Shown here: piece by piece, positions 1-9,403 of the stretch
Numbering within the stretch: the first letter of the stretch is position 1
How the letters are laid out: each line of letters begins with the position of its first letter
Notes under the pieces: generated by a model
Seen by the model: only the letters and a program-made list of their open reading frames with translations
Database searches by the model: none
What the model was told of the DNA's origin: nothing
Origin: Klebsiella phage LAPAZ
Strand: one strand, 5' to 3'
Sequence record: PP706156.1
DNA: 51,689 nt
Translations under genes and position numbers: made by a program

Positions 1-323
1 GTAGGTTTCACCGGGCGGGCATTCACTACGCGGTAGCGCTCCCCGTCGACGTCGATTTCGTCACCTTCCATGATTGGCCCGTCGTGAGTGAAAAACCCGC
101 GCTTATCGCCAGCAAGGATGGTCTCGCCGTTGATATCACGATCATTTACATCCCTGATCGCCCCTTTGATTGTCGTCACCACCTCGCCGGGAATGATATC
201 CTCCCCGGTTTCCGGGTCGATGCCACCGCCAGCGCCTTTCGTGTACTTGTTGAACACGCCGTCAGCGTCGCTGAAGAACTTAATTCCCGCGCTTGCTCGT
301 GCCTGGATTGCTTTGTAGTCCAT
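1..323 (-). CDS. Head-tail joining / head-closure-like protein, N-terminal 107 codons. The gene crosses the circular junction; its last 18 codons and TAA stop lie at 51558..51612, giving 125 aa in total.
   Basis: ATG at 323..321, 2 nt after the TAG of the upstream gene. The reading frame continues without a stop through position 1 into 51612..51558 (…VKPTGTVVAYRPVLRRVATYG*). Sits in the neck-gene position. Confidence 0.5.
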   Translation of the reverse strand, partial: MDYKAIQARASAGIKFFSDADGVFNKYTKGAGGGIDPETGEDIIPGEVVTTIKGAIRDVNDRDINGETILAGDKRGFFTHDGPIMEGDEIDVDGERYRVVNARPVKP

Positions 324-328
324 TGCTA

Positions 329-745
329 TTACCTCCCAACCCCGCAGCGCCGAACGTTGCCAGCGGTAAGCAGGCCGAAGCCACCGCCGCGCATTTTGAG
401 CATACGCCAGTACATTTTGCCCCACGGCGTAGAAAGCATTTCGTTATCGCTTGACGCCGACACGCGATCGAAGGTTTGGGAAAACTCCCCGGTCAGGGTG
501 AACGATGCCACTCGCTGCGTGTAAGACTCCAGGCTTTCGCCTTCTTGCTTCATTGCGCCATCCAAAAACATTAGATGCATGGTCATAAGTGCGATCGCTG
601 TAACAATGGAATCCCCGAACCTTGATTTGCAAACGAACTCCTCGGCAAGCACAACCCACGCAGACAGCAGTTCATCTGGAACTTCTTTAAGCGGAGGTGC
701 AAGGCTGCGCATCTTGTCGATCACATCTTGAATCGTGTAATTCAT
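329..745 (-). CDS. gp6-like head-tail connector/adaptor protein (138 aa)
   Basis: ORF with SD CAGGAG upstream. The N-terminus ([18 protein letters not shown]…) resembles the gp6-like head-tail connector family. Position between capsid and neck genes. Confidence 0.45.
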   Translation of the reverse strand: MNYTIQDVIDKMRSLAPPLKEVPDELLSAWVVLAEEFVCKSRFGDSIVTAIALMTMHLMFLDGAMKQEGESLESYTQRVASFTLTGEFSQTFDRVSASSDNEMLSTPWGKMYWRMLKMRGGGFGLLTAGNVRRCGVGR

Positions 746-756
746 GGTCGATCTCC

Positions 757-790
757 TGATATGAAAAAGGACGCCGAAGCGCCCTTTGTT
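757..790. terminator. Rho-independent terminator (bidirectional) between the 98-aa gene and the connector gene
   Basis: GGACGCCGAAGCGCCC hairpin flanked by A5 and T-runs. Confidence 0.5.
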
Positions 791-798
791 GGTTTTTG

Positions 799-1095
799 TT
801 ATTCCGCGCTTTTAGGCTGCACGATCTCTTTCGCTTTCGCCTTCACTGCTGCGATGTATTCGCGCGTGCGTTTCGGATTGTCGTAGAACTCGACGCGGCC
901 TTTGAAGATTTCGTGGCGGAAGCGGTCGATTTCGTTTTCCGGAACTTCAAAAACCTGCTCATAGACGTAATTTTTGCCTTTATAGCGAATTGCACATGCA
1001 CCAACGTTTTGTAGTTGAACAACCTGCGACTCCTGTTCGGCACTGGTGGTTTCTACGGTTTCGACGGTTTCTACGGTTTCTTTTTTACTGGCCAT
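799..1095 (-). CDS. Hypothetical acidic 98-aa protein with an ETV-ETV-ETV tandem repeat
   Basis: ATG with SD GGAG. Lies between bidirectional terminators. Has a 3x 9-nt tandem repeat in the N-terminus. Confidence 0.5.
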   Translation of the reverse strand: MASKKETVETVETVETTSAEQESQVVQLQNVGACAIRYKGKNYVYEQVFEVPENEIDRFRHEIFKGRVEFYDNPKRTREYIAAVKAKAKEIVQPKSAE

Positions 1096-1156
1096 TGTTA
1101 ATGCTCCATTGGTTTACTTTAGGTTTCAAATTAAAGCACATTGTAGAATGCAATGC

Positions 1157-1185
1157 AATAAAAAAGCGCCCGAAGGCGCTTTTTG
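1157..1185. terminator. Rho-independent terminator after the major capsid gene
   Basis: AAAAAAGCGCCCGAAGGCGCTTTTTG. Confidence 0.7.
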
Positions 1186-1186
1186 A

Positions 1187-2146
1187 TTAAATCCCGGTAA
1201 GGATCGCAATTGTCAGCGGGCGGTACACGATGAGACCAGTGCATTTGGAGGTGCAAGGAACTTTGAAATGCAGGTCTTTCGGCTGCATCGGCAGCATGTT
1301 GAACCGCTCAGGGATCTCGATGCTCATGTTCATTGGGTCTTTTTCGTATGCCAGCACGCCTTTGGTGCCTGCGCCGTCAATATCTTCCAGCTCCGCCATC
1401 GCCGTAATGGTGATGTTCGGGTGGTTCTTGGTGAACCAGGTCAGATAAGAGTCGCCGCTAGTGTCCGGCATCTTTTTCGTCAGAAGACGACGCTTAGACG
1501 GAGGAATCACGATGTTGGTCGCGTGATGGCGGCCCAGCGTAGTTTCTTCGATCATGTTTAGCAGGTCTTCCAGATCTTCGAATGCCTTTTCAGCCGCTGC
1601 TGCGTCATCGCCCCAAGCCGCGCTGGCGGTCATGCGGTTAATGTTCGGATGGTCGAAAACGCTCACGATGCCGTGAGGAGCGGAGCCTTTGAACACCAGA
1701 TCATTAACGAGCGTCTCATGGCCTTCGCGGGCCAGAGTTGCCTTGCGATCGCTCAGGCTGGAACCCAGCGCCGCGCCAGTTTTAATTTCGTCGATGGAAA
1801 TAAACCACGCGTTACCCAGGCGGAAAACTTTCCCTGACTTCTCTTTTGCCATCGCTTCAACGGTCGGCAGATCGTCGGTGTAATCGGCGATAATTTTCGC
1901 AGAAGTTACGCCATCGAATTCGAGCCACTCAAAGCGGCGGGCGGTCGGCGAGATCTCGGTAGTTACCGGGAAAAGCTCAAGTGCGCTGGTCTGCGGGTAT
2001 GCCTGCTCATACTGGCGATTCAGTAATTGAGTCATCTGCTTAACAGTCCAGATACCGTAAGCATCCAGTTTTGCGGCGTCTACGCCCATGCCCTGCATTG
2101 CGACCTTAATGGCACTCTGTTCGAATGCATCTAATTTCATAGTCAT
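1187..2146 (-). CDS. Major capsid protein (HK97-fold, ~319 aa from ATG at 2146)
   Basis: Long ORF preceded by SD CAGGAG. Sequence reads as an HK97-like major capsid protein. A strong terminator follows the stop, and a terminator-promoter pair lies upstream. Confidence 0.8.
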   Translation of the reverse strand: MTMKLDAFEQSAIKVAMQGMGVDAAKLDAYGIWTVKQMTQLLNRQYEQAYPQTSALELFPVTTEISPTARRFEWLEFDGVTSAKIIADYTDDLPTVEAMAKEKSGKVFRLGNAWFISIDEIKTGAALGSSLSDRKATLAREGHETLVNDLVFKGSAPHGIVSVFDHPNINRMTASAAWGDDAAAAEKAFEDLEDLLNMIEETTLGRHHATNIVIPPSKRRLLTKKMPDTSGDSYLTWFTKNHPNITITAMAELEDIDGAGTKGVLAYEKDPMNMSIEIPERFNMLPMQPKDLHFKVPCTSKCTGLIVYRPLTIAILTGI

Positions 2147-2231
2147 CTGAAAAACTCCTGTTTGTGTATTTGGCTTAACGAGATGAAGAATATCACGAAT
2201 CGTTAAGCCGTCAAAGGTTTTTTTCTGGTGC

Positions 2232-2262
2232 AAAAATGGGGCCGAAGCCCCACCATTTATTA
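2232..2262 (-). terminator. Terminator upstream of the major capsid promoter
   Basis: GGGGCTTCGGCCCC followed by ATTTTTG on the minus strand. Confidence 0.55.
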
Positions 2263-2304
2263 TACGCCAGCGTCGCCAGTTGCAGCCACTGGAGCCACCA
2301 CGCC

Positions 2305-2775
2305 CTAAAGCACCTGAACTTTCACCAGAACAGTGCCATCTGCGTTTTTGGTGTATTCGCCAGTGTGTTTGTAGCCAGTTTTGATAACCCCGGAATCACC
2401 CTTCGCAACTGTGCCATTAGCGGTAAAGGTGACGAAAGAACCGAACGCGCAATCTTCTTCAGTAACAGTTGCGTCCGCGATCGCCCAAATGCGGCCATGA
2501 GTCATAACGTTAACTGCGCTCTCATCATCATACTTGCCTTCAGGCGAGTAGGCTTGCGAGAATTGCGCGATGCCTACAATGATGTCGCTCGCTGCGGTTG
2601 CTGGTTTAACGACCTTATGGCCATTGGAAACTACGCCAGTGGAAGCAACCAGTACGCCAGCTTTGATATCACCTTCAGCAACGCAAGTGCCATCGATATT
2701 ATAAAGCGACGTATCCGCGATCTGGCCCGGAATGCAAATATCGCGCTTGCGGGTATAGGTTGCAGGAATTGCCAT
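2305..2775 (-). CDS. Putative capsid decoration/accessory protein (156 aa)
   Basis: Position between scaffold and major capsid genes. Gly/Thr-rich, beta-rich composition. Confidence 0.4.
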   Translation of the reverse strand: MAIPATYTRKRDICIPGQIADTSLYNIDGTCVAEGDIKAGVLVASTGVVSNGHKVVKPATAASDIIVGIAQFSQAYSPEGKYDDESAVNVMTHGRIWAIADATVTEEDCAFGSFVTFTANGTVAKGDSGVIKTGYKHTGEYTKNADGTVLVKVQVL

Positions 2776-2826
2776 GATTAAATCTCCTTGATTTGGATTT
2801 TGTAGCGGCCCGAAGGCCGCACGGTA

Positions 2827-3957
2827 TTAGTTACGGAATTTGGCTTGCGGGTCGATGATGTTGGAACCATCGAGTTTCGGCGCGCCTTTCTTGTCTTCCT
2901 GCTCACCATCTTCTTTTTTGGCGAAGACTTTAGAGCGATTGCTTGCCATCTTATCAGAATTGGAGATAAAGTCAAAAGAAGCGTCGATATACGAATCTTC
3001 TTTATCTGACAAGTCGCGGCCATCCGCTTCTTTGATGTAAGCAACTTTCATCGCTTTAACGTCCAGGCCGTCGCACTTGATGCCAGCGGCGGATACGATC
3101 GCGACAACTTTCTGCTTCGCGTCTTCGTCGGCTTTGATTTTGGCAACACGTGCCGCCACTTCATCTTCAATGCCATCAACTTTGGTTTGAAGTGCGTCGC
3201 GCTCTGCGGTGATGCTCGTTACCTGACTGGTTGCAGTTGCGATCTGTGCGTCCAGTTTAGCAATATGTGCGCCTACGTTATCGGCTACTTCGACGTCTAC
3301 GCCGTCAATTTTGATAATCATCGTTTTAGCTCCTTTGTGGTTTGAGTCGTCATCATAGGGAAATTCTTGCTCACTATCAAGATTTAATTTCGCAATTCCT
3401 GCACGCCCGCGAAAAACAAGCGCCACATGGTTAACGCGAATCTTCGTTTGCACGGCATCAAAGCGAACCCAATCAGAGACGGAATCGTTTTTCAGTTCTT
3501 CGAAGTTTTCCGGTAGGTCTTCATCGAAGTAGTATTCGCCCGTCGCGTTGTTGCCCCAGCCTTTTTTGTCGATATCGATCGAGGTGTACCCAACGGACAA
3601 TTCAGCCGCTACGCGCTTCTTCGCCTGCTCGATCGACTCCCCGTCGTAAATCATCACCGGAACCAGAACCCCAATCCCGTCCTCTTTGCCAGCGCCGGAA
3701 CAGGATCCGACCACCAGCCCTTTCGCGTTTTTGGCGTTGACCATCTTGTGACCCAAAGTAATTGGCTTGCCCTGGTATGACGCCAGCGATTCAGCGTCGA
3801 ACACCTCGGAGCGCGGGCGAAACTCAACGCGCGGGCCGTTCGGGGTCTGGTAGGTCTGTGCGCCGATACGCGCAACGATCGGGGTATCGACCAGAAAGCC
3901 GTTTTCATCAAAGCGGGCCTTCACCTTTACCGTGTCGAATCTTTGAACTCTTTTCAT
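2827..3957 (-). CDS. Putative scaffolding / prohead protease-scaffold protein (376 aa)
   Basis: N-terminal globular domain followed by a long charged coiled-coil-like C-terminus (AKLDAQIATATSQV…KIKADEDAKQK). Located between the MuF-like and major capsid genes. Its start overlaps the upstream stop (ATGA). Confidence 0.5.
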   Translation of the reverse strand: MKRVQRFDTVKVKARFDENGFLVDTPIVARIGAQTYQTPNGPRVEFRPRSEVFDAESLASYQGKPITLGHKMVNAKNAKGLVVGSCSGAGKEDGIGVLVPVMIYDGESIEQAKKRVAAELSVGYTSIDIDKKGWGNNATGEYYFDEDLPENFEELKNDSVSDWVRFDAVQTKIRVNHVALVFRGRAGIAKLNLDSEQEFPYDDDSNHKGAKTMIIKIDGVDVEVADNVGAHIAKLDAQIATATSQVTSITAERDALQTKVDGIEDEVAARVAKIKADEDAKQKVVAIVSAAGIKCDGLDVKAMKVAYIKEADGRDLSDKEDSYIDASFDFISNSDKMASNRSKVFAKKEDGEQEDKKGAPKLDGSNIIDPQAKFRN

Positions 3958-4724
3958 TGTAATTCCTCTACGTTATTAAAATCGGGAACCGCCCAGCAAC
4001 GGCAACCGTACTCCTCGCCGGGAAAAATGCCGTCACCGTTTACGCGGCGTCGCTTACCTTCTAGTTTGATGTGGCTTTCGCGTTCGCGGTCGTCCATCAT
4101 GCCGAACCAAAAGTAATGCGATACTTTAGCATCTTTTAGTCGCTGCATCATCAACATACTGTTAAAACTTCCGATAATGCCGCTCGCCCGGTTTCGCGAC
4201 CAACTGCCATAAATGGCGTATCGGCCCTCGATGATTTCATCGATCTGTTCGCGAGTCTTGCCGATGTTGTTGGCGGTTCGAACTTTCGTTGTCCAGTCAG
4301 CGACGATATCGGCTGTTAACTTCTGGATTGATGCCTTTGCGGTATCCTGCCATTTCTTCAGCGCCTGCTGATACCACTGCTCATAACCACCAGCGCCGAA
4401 CTCCTTCAGCATCATGACCGCTTCATTATCGCGCCCGCCAGCCGCCAGTGCAACAACCAGCCACTGCTTAGAGTTGAAGCGGTAGATAGTCAGGCCAATG
4501 GAGGCCAGCGCCGCAATGACGGCAGCAAAGAACGCGATCGCCGCCTCGTTGATATCGTCTTCCGCCTCGTTGATTTCCTCCGCCGTGGCGTCGAACTTCA
4601 GGCGGTCTAACCGATCCCGCATTTCCACCACCAGATCGGTTGTCGCGTCCTGCATCAAGCGGGATAAATCCCGCTCGCTTGCTTCAGGATAACGCCAGTT
4701 TGGAATTCTGCCGTTAACTTTCAT
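3954..4724 (-). CDS. Head morphogenesis protein (Mu gpF / SPP1 gp7-like), 256 aa
   Basis: Immediately downstream of portal with overlapping start/stop. Typical size and position for a MuF-like minor head protein. Confidence 0.55.
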   Translation of the reverse strand: MKVNGRIPNWRYPEASERDLSRLMQDATTDLVVEMRDRLDRLKFDATAEEINEAEDDINEAAIAFFAAVIAALASIGLTIYRFNSKQWLVVALAAGGRDNEAVMMLKEFGAGGYEQWYQQALKKWQDTAKASIQKLTADIVADWTTKVRTANNIGKTREQIDEIIEGRYAIYGSWSRNRASGIIGSFNSMLMMQRLKDAKVSHYFWFGMMDDRERESHIKLEGKRRRVNGDGIFPGEEYGCRCWAVPDFNNVEELQ

Positions 4725-6033
4725 CGCCGCCCTCCTCGGTGTTGTTCAGGATCTGCGTGCTTTGCGTTTTGGTCTTGCCTGACCCAGGCGTGCGATCCGG
4801 TAACTTTTTCTGTTCCGGCGCATTGCCTTTCAACTTCAGTTCGGGAACCATCGCGGAAAGGGTATCACGTGCTTCGTTAGCATCAATGACCTGATCCGTT
4901 ACCAGTCCGTGTACTGCGTCTGCGTTCTTCTTAAAGATATCGGCCTTCTCTGAATCGGTCGGCAGTGACAGCGGTTCGAACTCTACACTGAAGTCTTCCT
5001 CAGTGACAATGAATTGTAGCAGGAATTCTAACAGTGGTTTGTAGTCGTCGTTGCGCTTGCGCTCCACCAGCTTATAAAACGTCTGCAATGCAGTGTTTTG
5101 GCTGGCACTAACGCCACCTGTGTTTTTGTTCTTCAGCACGATCTCATGAATTCCTGACAGCGCGACAATCCGATCCATTTTGGCGGACAAGAATTCCGGG
5201 ATGCCTGAAATATCAGAGTTAATCACGGTGTATTCTTCGTCGTCCGCATCAATGCCGATCGTGTTACCAACGCCGGAATTCGCGTCAACCTGGGCCATGC
5301 GCAACCGGGCCGCGTATTCACCCTCCCTGTCGTCGCAGATTAGAGCAAGACCTTTGGCCTTCCACACGCCCTGCTGCTTACGCTTCAGCAACTGCGTTGC
5401 GAGGTACTCCGAATAATCGTAATCAAGAATCGCTTCAATCATCGACTTGTTCAGCACCGTGCCGCCAGCGCCCTTGTTGAGTTTCCGCACCTTGTTGGTT
5501 ACGCGCTCGCCGTCGATGTAGTGCATGCGGGTATAATGCACGTTAAAGTCGCTTCCGCCGTTTAGCGGCTTGACGGTGTACATTTTAGGCTTGCCGAATC
5601 GTGGGCTTCGCGGGTTCTTCTCCTCCTCCGCTACGGACACCGAATCGTAGTCGTAAACGACAATTGATTCCAGCGGCTTACCGCGCTTCGCGGCTGAAGT
5701 CAGCATACGGCCATCGTTAACCATTGCCAGGACGTAAGAGCCACCATACAGGCGCGCCCAGCAGAGGGCATCGGTGATTTGCGGCTCAAGTTTAAGGCCG
5801 TCCCACTCTGACTGGAATTTCGTGTTATCGGAGACGCCGTTAAGCTGGAAGCCGGGCGACACCATTTCTTCCGGGATCACGTCAACAATCTTTTTCGCCA
5901 GTCCGTTGTTGTGATAGAACTCCTCGACTTGCGACATATCCCCGAACGTGCTTGCAATCATCGCCGTGGTTGACGCGTACCCCGCGCCACCATTGAAGAT
6001 CTGATTGTAGTCATCCATCTTGATAGCTTTCAT
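4714..6033 (-). CDS. Portal protein (439 aa)
   Basis: Size and position downstream of TerL. Acidic C-terminus. ATG at 6033. Confidence 0.8.
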   Translation of the reverse strand: MKAIKMDDYNQIFNGGAGYASTTAMIASTFGDMSQVEEFYHNNGLAKKIVDVIPEEMVSPGFQLNGVSDNTKFQSEWDGLKLEPQITDALCWARLYGGSYVLAMVNDGRMLTSAAKRGKPLESIVVYDYDSVSVAEEEKNPRSPRFGKPKMYTVKPLNGGSDFNVHYTRMHYIDGERVTNKVRKLNKGAGGTVLNKSMIEAILDYDYSEYLATQLLKRKQQGVWKAKGLALICDDREGEYAARLRMAQVDANSGVGNTIGIDADDEEYTVINSDISGIPEFLSAKMDRIVALSGIHEIVLKNKNTGGVSASQNTALQTFYKLVERKRNDDYKPLLEFLLQFIVTEEDFSVEFEPLSLPTDSEKADIFKKNADAVHGLVTDQVIDANEARDTLSAMVPELKLKGNAPEQKKLPDRTPGSGKTKTQSTQILNNTEEGGDES

Positions 6034-6079
6034 ATTTTAACCTTGTGTTATTTGTGGGCCGTTAAGCCCACATTATGTA

Positions 6080-7684
6080 TTAGCGGCCCAGCTTTTTCAA
6101 TCCTGCAAGGCGTTTCATTCGTTCTACCGGGTCATCGCTCAGGTTCATTTCCAGGTTCGCGGCGTCAAATACGTTGTCGCAAATGTCATCGTGGGGATGT
6201 GAATCGTCATAGGTAAATGCGCTCATTTCCGCCACAAGCTCCGCAATGAACGGATGGCTGTCCGGCAGTACGACGCGGCCACCCTTGATAATTGGCTGCG
6301 CATCCATAGCGCGAGTCACCTTATCTTTGTCACGCTGAACCGGGACGATCTCACCCATACCATTAACTGCTTTGGTCAGATCCTGGATTAGACCAGTACC
6401 GCTCGCCTTGTCTTCGATGTAAATCTTTCGCAGATTCCCGCATTCCTTGTTTCTGCGCCAGCACTGCTTAATGAATGCCTCAGCCTGCACGCGCAAATCC
6501 GGCGCTTCCCACTTGCCACGGATTCCATCAATGAAGTAGACGCGATCGCGGTACTTGCCCCAATAGCAAAGCACGGAATAGTCGTTTAGTTCGTTCGTCT
6601 TCTGCGCAGTATCCGCCGTAATGAAGGTGTATTCGAACTTGTCCGGGCTCGGTTCATGCGCCTTTTCGCTGTCGCCGTAATAGCGCCACCATTCCGACTT
6701 AAACACGTTGCCGCCCAATGCGATCGGCTCCTGCTGATACTGCGAAAGGAATGTATAAAGATCGGCATCGCGCAAGGCAACCAGGTTCTCGATCGATTCG
6801 TTGTCCTCCCAAAATGACCAGTATTCGACACCATCAATGACCACCGACGGCCCGGATAACACGTCGCGTTCGAACTCAGGACGCAACCAGTCAGGGAGCG
6901 ATTCGCCGTATTCCCTCGTTACCATTGCCGGAATAACAATGCGATCGAATTCGATAGCCATCCCGCCGCTCATCATGAACCAGGTGGAATCCTGTGCATG
7001 CAGCCGCTGCTGTACGGAAAGGATCGGCGTTTCGTCTCCTTGTTTCTTCTTCGCACGACGGGATCGAATGGTGTTCTTCAGCAAGATGTGGCTCTTTTCG
7101 CGCTTCACCTTAGAGAACATATCATCAGGCTTGTCGATATCATCCAGCGCGATTAGGCCGCTGAAACCCGGCGTCATGTACCCGCCACGCTTACCGACGA
7201 TCTGACCACCAGACGAACGGGACACCATTTCCAGCCTTACGCGATCGTTGTCATCCAGAACCTGGAATTCATCGATCTGCTTCCGCCCGAATTTCGAGGG
7301 CCATAGCTCCTGCCATTCGCCCGATGAAAAGATCTTGATTACGCGGTCGGAGTTGCCTTTTGAAAGCGCGTCACCCTGCGAGATCTGAAGGTTGCGAACC
7401 TTCCGGCACTTGAGATACGCATACGGCGCGAGGTGGATAGAAAACGCTTCTGTTTTCGTCGAACCCGGCGCAACGTTTACGATCGTGCTTTTGCGCTTCC
7501 CGGCGATGATTTCATCTACCGTGTGGCAAAAGTAGGAGTGATGCCAGTTCCACATCAGCTTTTCGCCTTGGATAATCTGAAACCAGATCTTCAGGAATAG
7601 CGAAAAGTTGCGCGTGCTCAATGCCTTGATTGCCAGCTTATCGGCTGGCTTCAGGTCTTCCCAAATAATCATTTCGTCATTCAT
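6080..7684 (-). CDS. terL: Terminase large subunit (534 aa)
   Basis: N-terminal ATPase motifs and C-terminal nuclease acidic residues. Typical ~530-aa size. SD AAGGG. Confidence 0.9.
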   Translation of the reverse strand: MNDEMIIWEDLKPADKLAIKALSTRNFSLFLKIWFQIIQGEKLMWNWHHSYFCHTVDEIIAGKRKSTIVNVAPGSTKTEAFSIHLAPYAYLKCRKVRNLQISQGDALSKGNSDRVIKIFSSGEWQELWPSKFGRKQIDEFQVLDDNDRVRLEMVSRSSGGQIVGKRGGYMTPGFSGLIALDDIDKPDDMFSKVKREKSHILLKNTIRSRRAKKKQGDETPILSVQQRLHAQDSTWFMMSGGMAIEFDRIVIPAMVTREYGESLPDWLRPEFERDVLSGPSVVIDGVEYWSFWEDNESIENLVALRDADLYTFLSQYQQEPIALGGNVFKSEWWRYYGDSEKAHEPSPDKFEYTFITADTAQKTNELNDYSVLCYWGKYRDRVYFIDGIRGKWEAPDLRVQAEAFIKQCWRRNKECGNLRKIYIEDKASGTGLIQDLTKAVNGMGEIVPVQRDKDKVTRAMDAQPIIKGGRVVLPDSHPFIAELVAEMSAFTYDDSHPHDDICDNVFDAANLEMNLSDDPVERMKRLAGLKKLGR

Positions 7685-7693
7685 GATCGGCCC

Positions 7694-8218
7694 TTAAATC
7701 TTGTCCAGAATGTTACTAACAGCCTTCTCCAATACTTCATCGGTGATCTCGTTCTTGTTGCCAGCTACGGCGTCAATGTTGAGAACGGCGGGCTTGTCGA
7801 TCCCCATTTCCTTACCGACGAACGAAGCGTTAATCATGCCGACGGCAGCAAGCTGGAATTTCTGCTCATAGATTACAGAGTCGATAAACTCCATGACCGG
7901 GGCATAGTTCGGGTCGTGGCGATAGCGTGCAAGCGTTGACTGGTTCACGCCGCAAAACAGGCTTAACCCTGTGATCGTGAAAATGCGCGGCTTGTTCACG
8001 CCCCACTCGTTAACGTCGCCCTGGAAAGTGGCGGTTTCCGCAGCCTTGATGGCGTTCTCTTCGGCCCACTGGAAATAACCCTTCGCGATCTCGAAGAATT
8101 GTTGTGGCGTCATTTCGGCGGTTCGCCCCAGCACTACGCCAAAATCTTTTTCGTACAGCGCCTTGAAATTGCCTTCGAAGTGCGATTTCGTTACGCGTTT
8201 TTTGCGTTCTTCAGACAT
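7694..8218 (-). CDS. terS: Terminase small subunit (174 aa from ATG at 8218)
   Basis: Strong SD (GAAGGAGGAT). Directly upstream of TerL. Basic N-terminus. Confidence 0.55.
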   Translation of the reverse strand: MSEERKKRVTKSHFEGNFKALYEKDFGVVLGRTAEMTPQQFFEIAKGYFQWAEENAIKAAETATFQGDVNEWGVNKPRIFTITGLSLFCGVNQSTLARYRHDPNYAPVMEFIDSVIYEQKFQLAAVGMINASFVGKEMGIDKPAVLNIDAVAGNKNEITDEVLEKAVSNILDKI

Positions 8219-8295
8219 TGTTAATCCTCCTTCTGTGTTGAGTTGCGAGTATACCAGATTGCAGGCACAAAAAAACCCGCCGAAGCGGGTTATGT

Positions 8296-8559
8296 TCATA
8301 TCAGTTTGTTACGCCGCTTCAGTGTTTTCTGAAGTGATGCAAAAGGCTCACAGTCAACATACGGGAGCGGCGAAAACTCTATTCGTTTCGCGATACCGCC
8401 CGGATCGCCAATTTTTTCCCAGCGTTTCGTTTTCTTGTTGTACAGCATCGCGGCGAAAGTGCCTTCATGCACGCGCTTTGACAGCCGTTCGACAAGGTGG
8501 AAGGTGCCTGCATAGAAGCCTATGACCAGCATAATTAACGCGACAATCAGAGTTATCAT
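8296..8559 (-). CDS. Small membrane protein (87 aa, N-terminal transmembrane segment)
   Basis: Hydrophobic N-terminus LIVALIMLVIGFYAG. Overlaps both neighbouring genes. Confidence 0.45.
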   Translation of the reverse strand: MITLIVALIMLVIGFYAGTFHLVERLSKRVHEGTFAAMLYNKKTKRWEKIGDPGGIAKRIEFSPLPYVDCEPFASLQKTLKRRNKLI

Positions 8560-8750
8560 TGTGTTGCTTCCCTTACGTAGTTGATACTTATTTTGTGAGT
8601 GTCCAGGTTTACGCCGGATTGTTTTTTTGCTTTCTCCACCGCGTCGGCGGTATCGTTCGCTTCAATCGTCATGCTGAACTCTTGAATGCAGGACTTGCAA
8701 AAGCCGCCCATTTTCCTTGCTGTGAGTATGACCTTGTACTGCATCATCAC
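8556..8750 (-). CDS. Hypothetical protein (64 aa)
   Basis: SD GGGGG upstream. First gene after a sigma70-like promoter (TTGACG-17-TATCGT, ~8800..8830) and a hairpin. Confidence 0.4.
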   Translation of the reverse strand: MMMQYKVILTARKMGGFCKSCIQEFSMTIEANDTADAVEKAKKQSGVNLDTHKISINYVREATQ

Positions 8751-8875
8751 CCCCCAATAAATGCCCCAAAGCGGGGCGAGACTTGCGGATGTTTGCCGCC
8801 TCTTGTGTCTACGCTTTTAACGATACCCGGTCAGCGTGAATGCGTCAATAGGCGGTTGATTCGTTCGCTTATTTT

Positions 8876-9109
8876 TTACTCATACTCGCCATCACGGCGA
8901 CCGAAACGGCCTTCGAGATAGCCAGCCAGCCAGATAAACTGACCGCGAGTTAACAGCGTGTTGACTTCGGCCCAATGCTTATCGATCATCCGGGCTGCAA
9001 CCTGATCGTAAGTCTTTTTGTCTTTCCGTATGGCGTCTTTGGTTTCCGCCGTCATTCGTTTCGCCACGCGTTTCACAGCGTTGTACTGCGCCTCATTCAG
9101 TCCGAACAT
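8876..9109 (-). CDS. Hypothetical protein (77 aa)
   Basis: ORF whose start abuts the upstream stop in the leftward early array. Confidence 0.45.
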   Translation of the reverse strand: MFGLNEAQYNAVKRVAKRMTAETKDAIRKDKKTYDQVAARMIDKHWAEVNTLLTRGQFIWLAGYLEGRFGRRDGEYE

Positions 9110-9334
9110 TTAAGCCTTCTCCCATTCGACCCAGGTTCCGCGAGCAATGAAGATCTCGACACGCAGAGGGGCGTTGAAATTTTTGTAGATGAAGATGAAA
9201 CCTTTTTTGCTATCGGTTTCGACCTGTGTAACCGGGAAGGCCAGCGGAGTAATCATATCGACCGACTCACTCATCTGGATACCCGTTACCGTTGCGCCAA
9301 TCGGCATATCTTCGACTTTTGAGAACTCAGACAT
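9110..9334 (-). CDS. Hypothetical protein (74 aa)
   Basis: ORF in the leftward early array. Confidence 0.45.
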   Translation of the reverse strand: MSEFSKVEDMPIGATVTGIQMSESVDMITPLAFPVTQVETDSKKGFIFIYKNFNAPLRVEIFIARGTWVEWEKA

Positions 9335-9403
9335 AGAATCACCTTAATGAAATTTGCGCCCGCCAGAATCGCTTACAGGCGCTTTAAATGGTATACGAAT
9401 TCG

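Noticed and set aside
84-524. 146-aa plus-strand ORF at the window start
   Set aside because: It is antisense to the neck genes, whose frame is continuous across the circular junction and has an SD/ATG context. It has no ribosome-binding site of its own.
8800-8832. TTGACG-17-TATCGT sigma70-like promoter followed by a GCCCCGCTTTGGGGC hairpin, upstream of the late operon
   Set aside because: It is plausible as the late/structural promoter, but only one instance matches and its -10 is weak. Not reported as a feature without transcript data.
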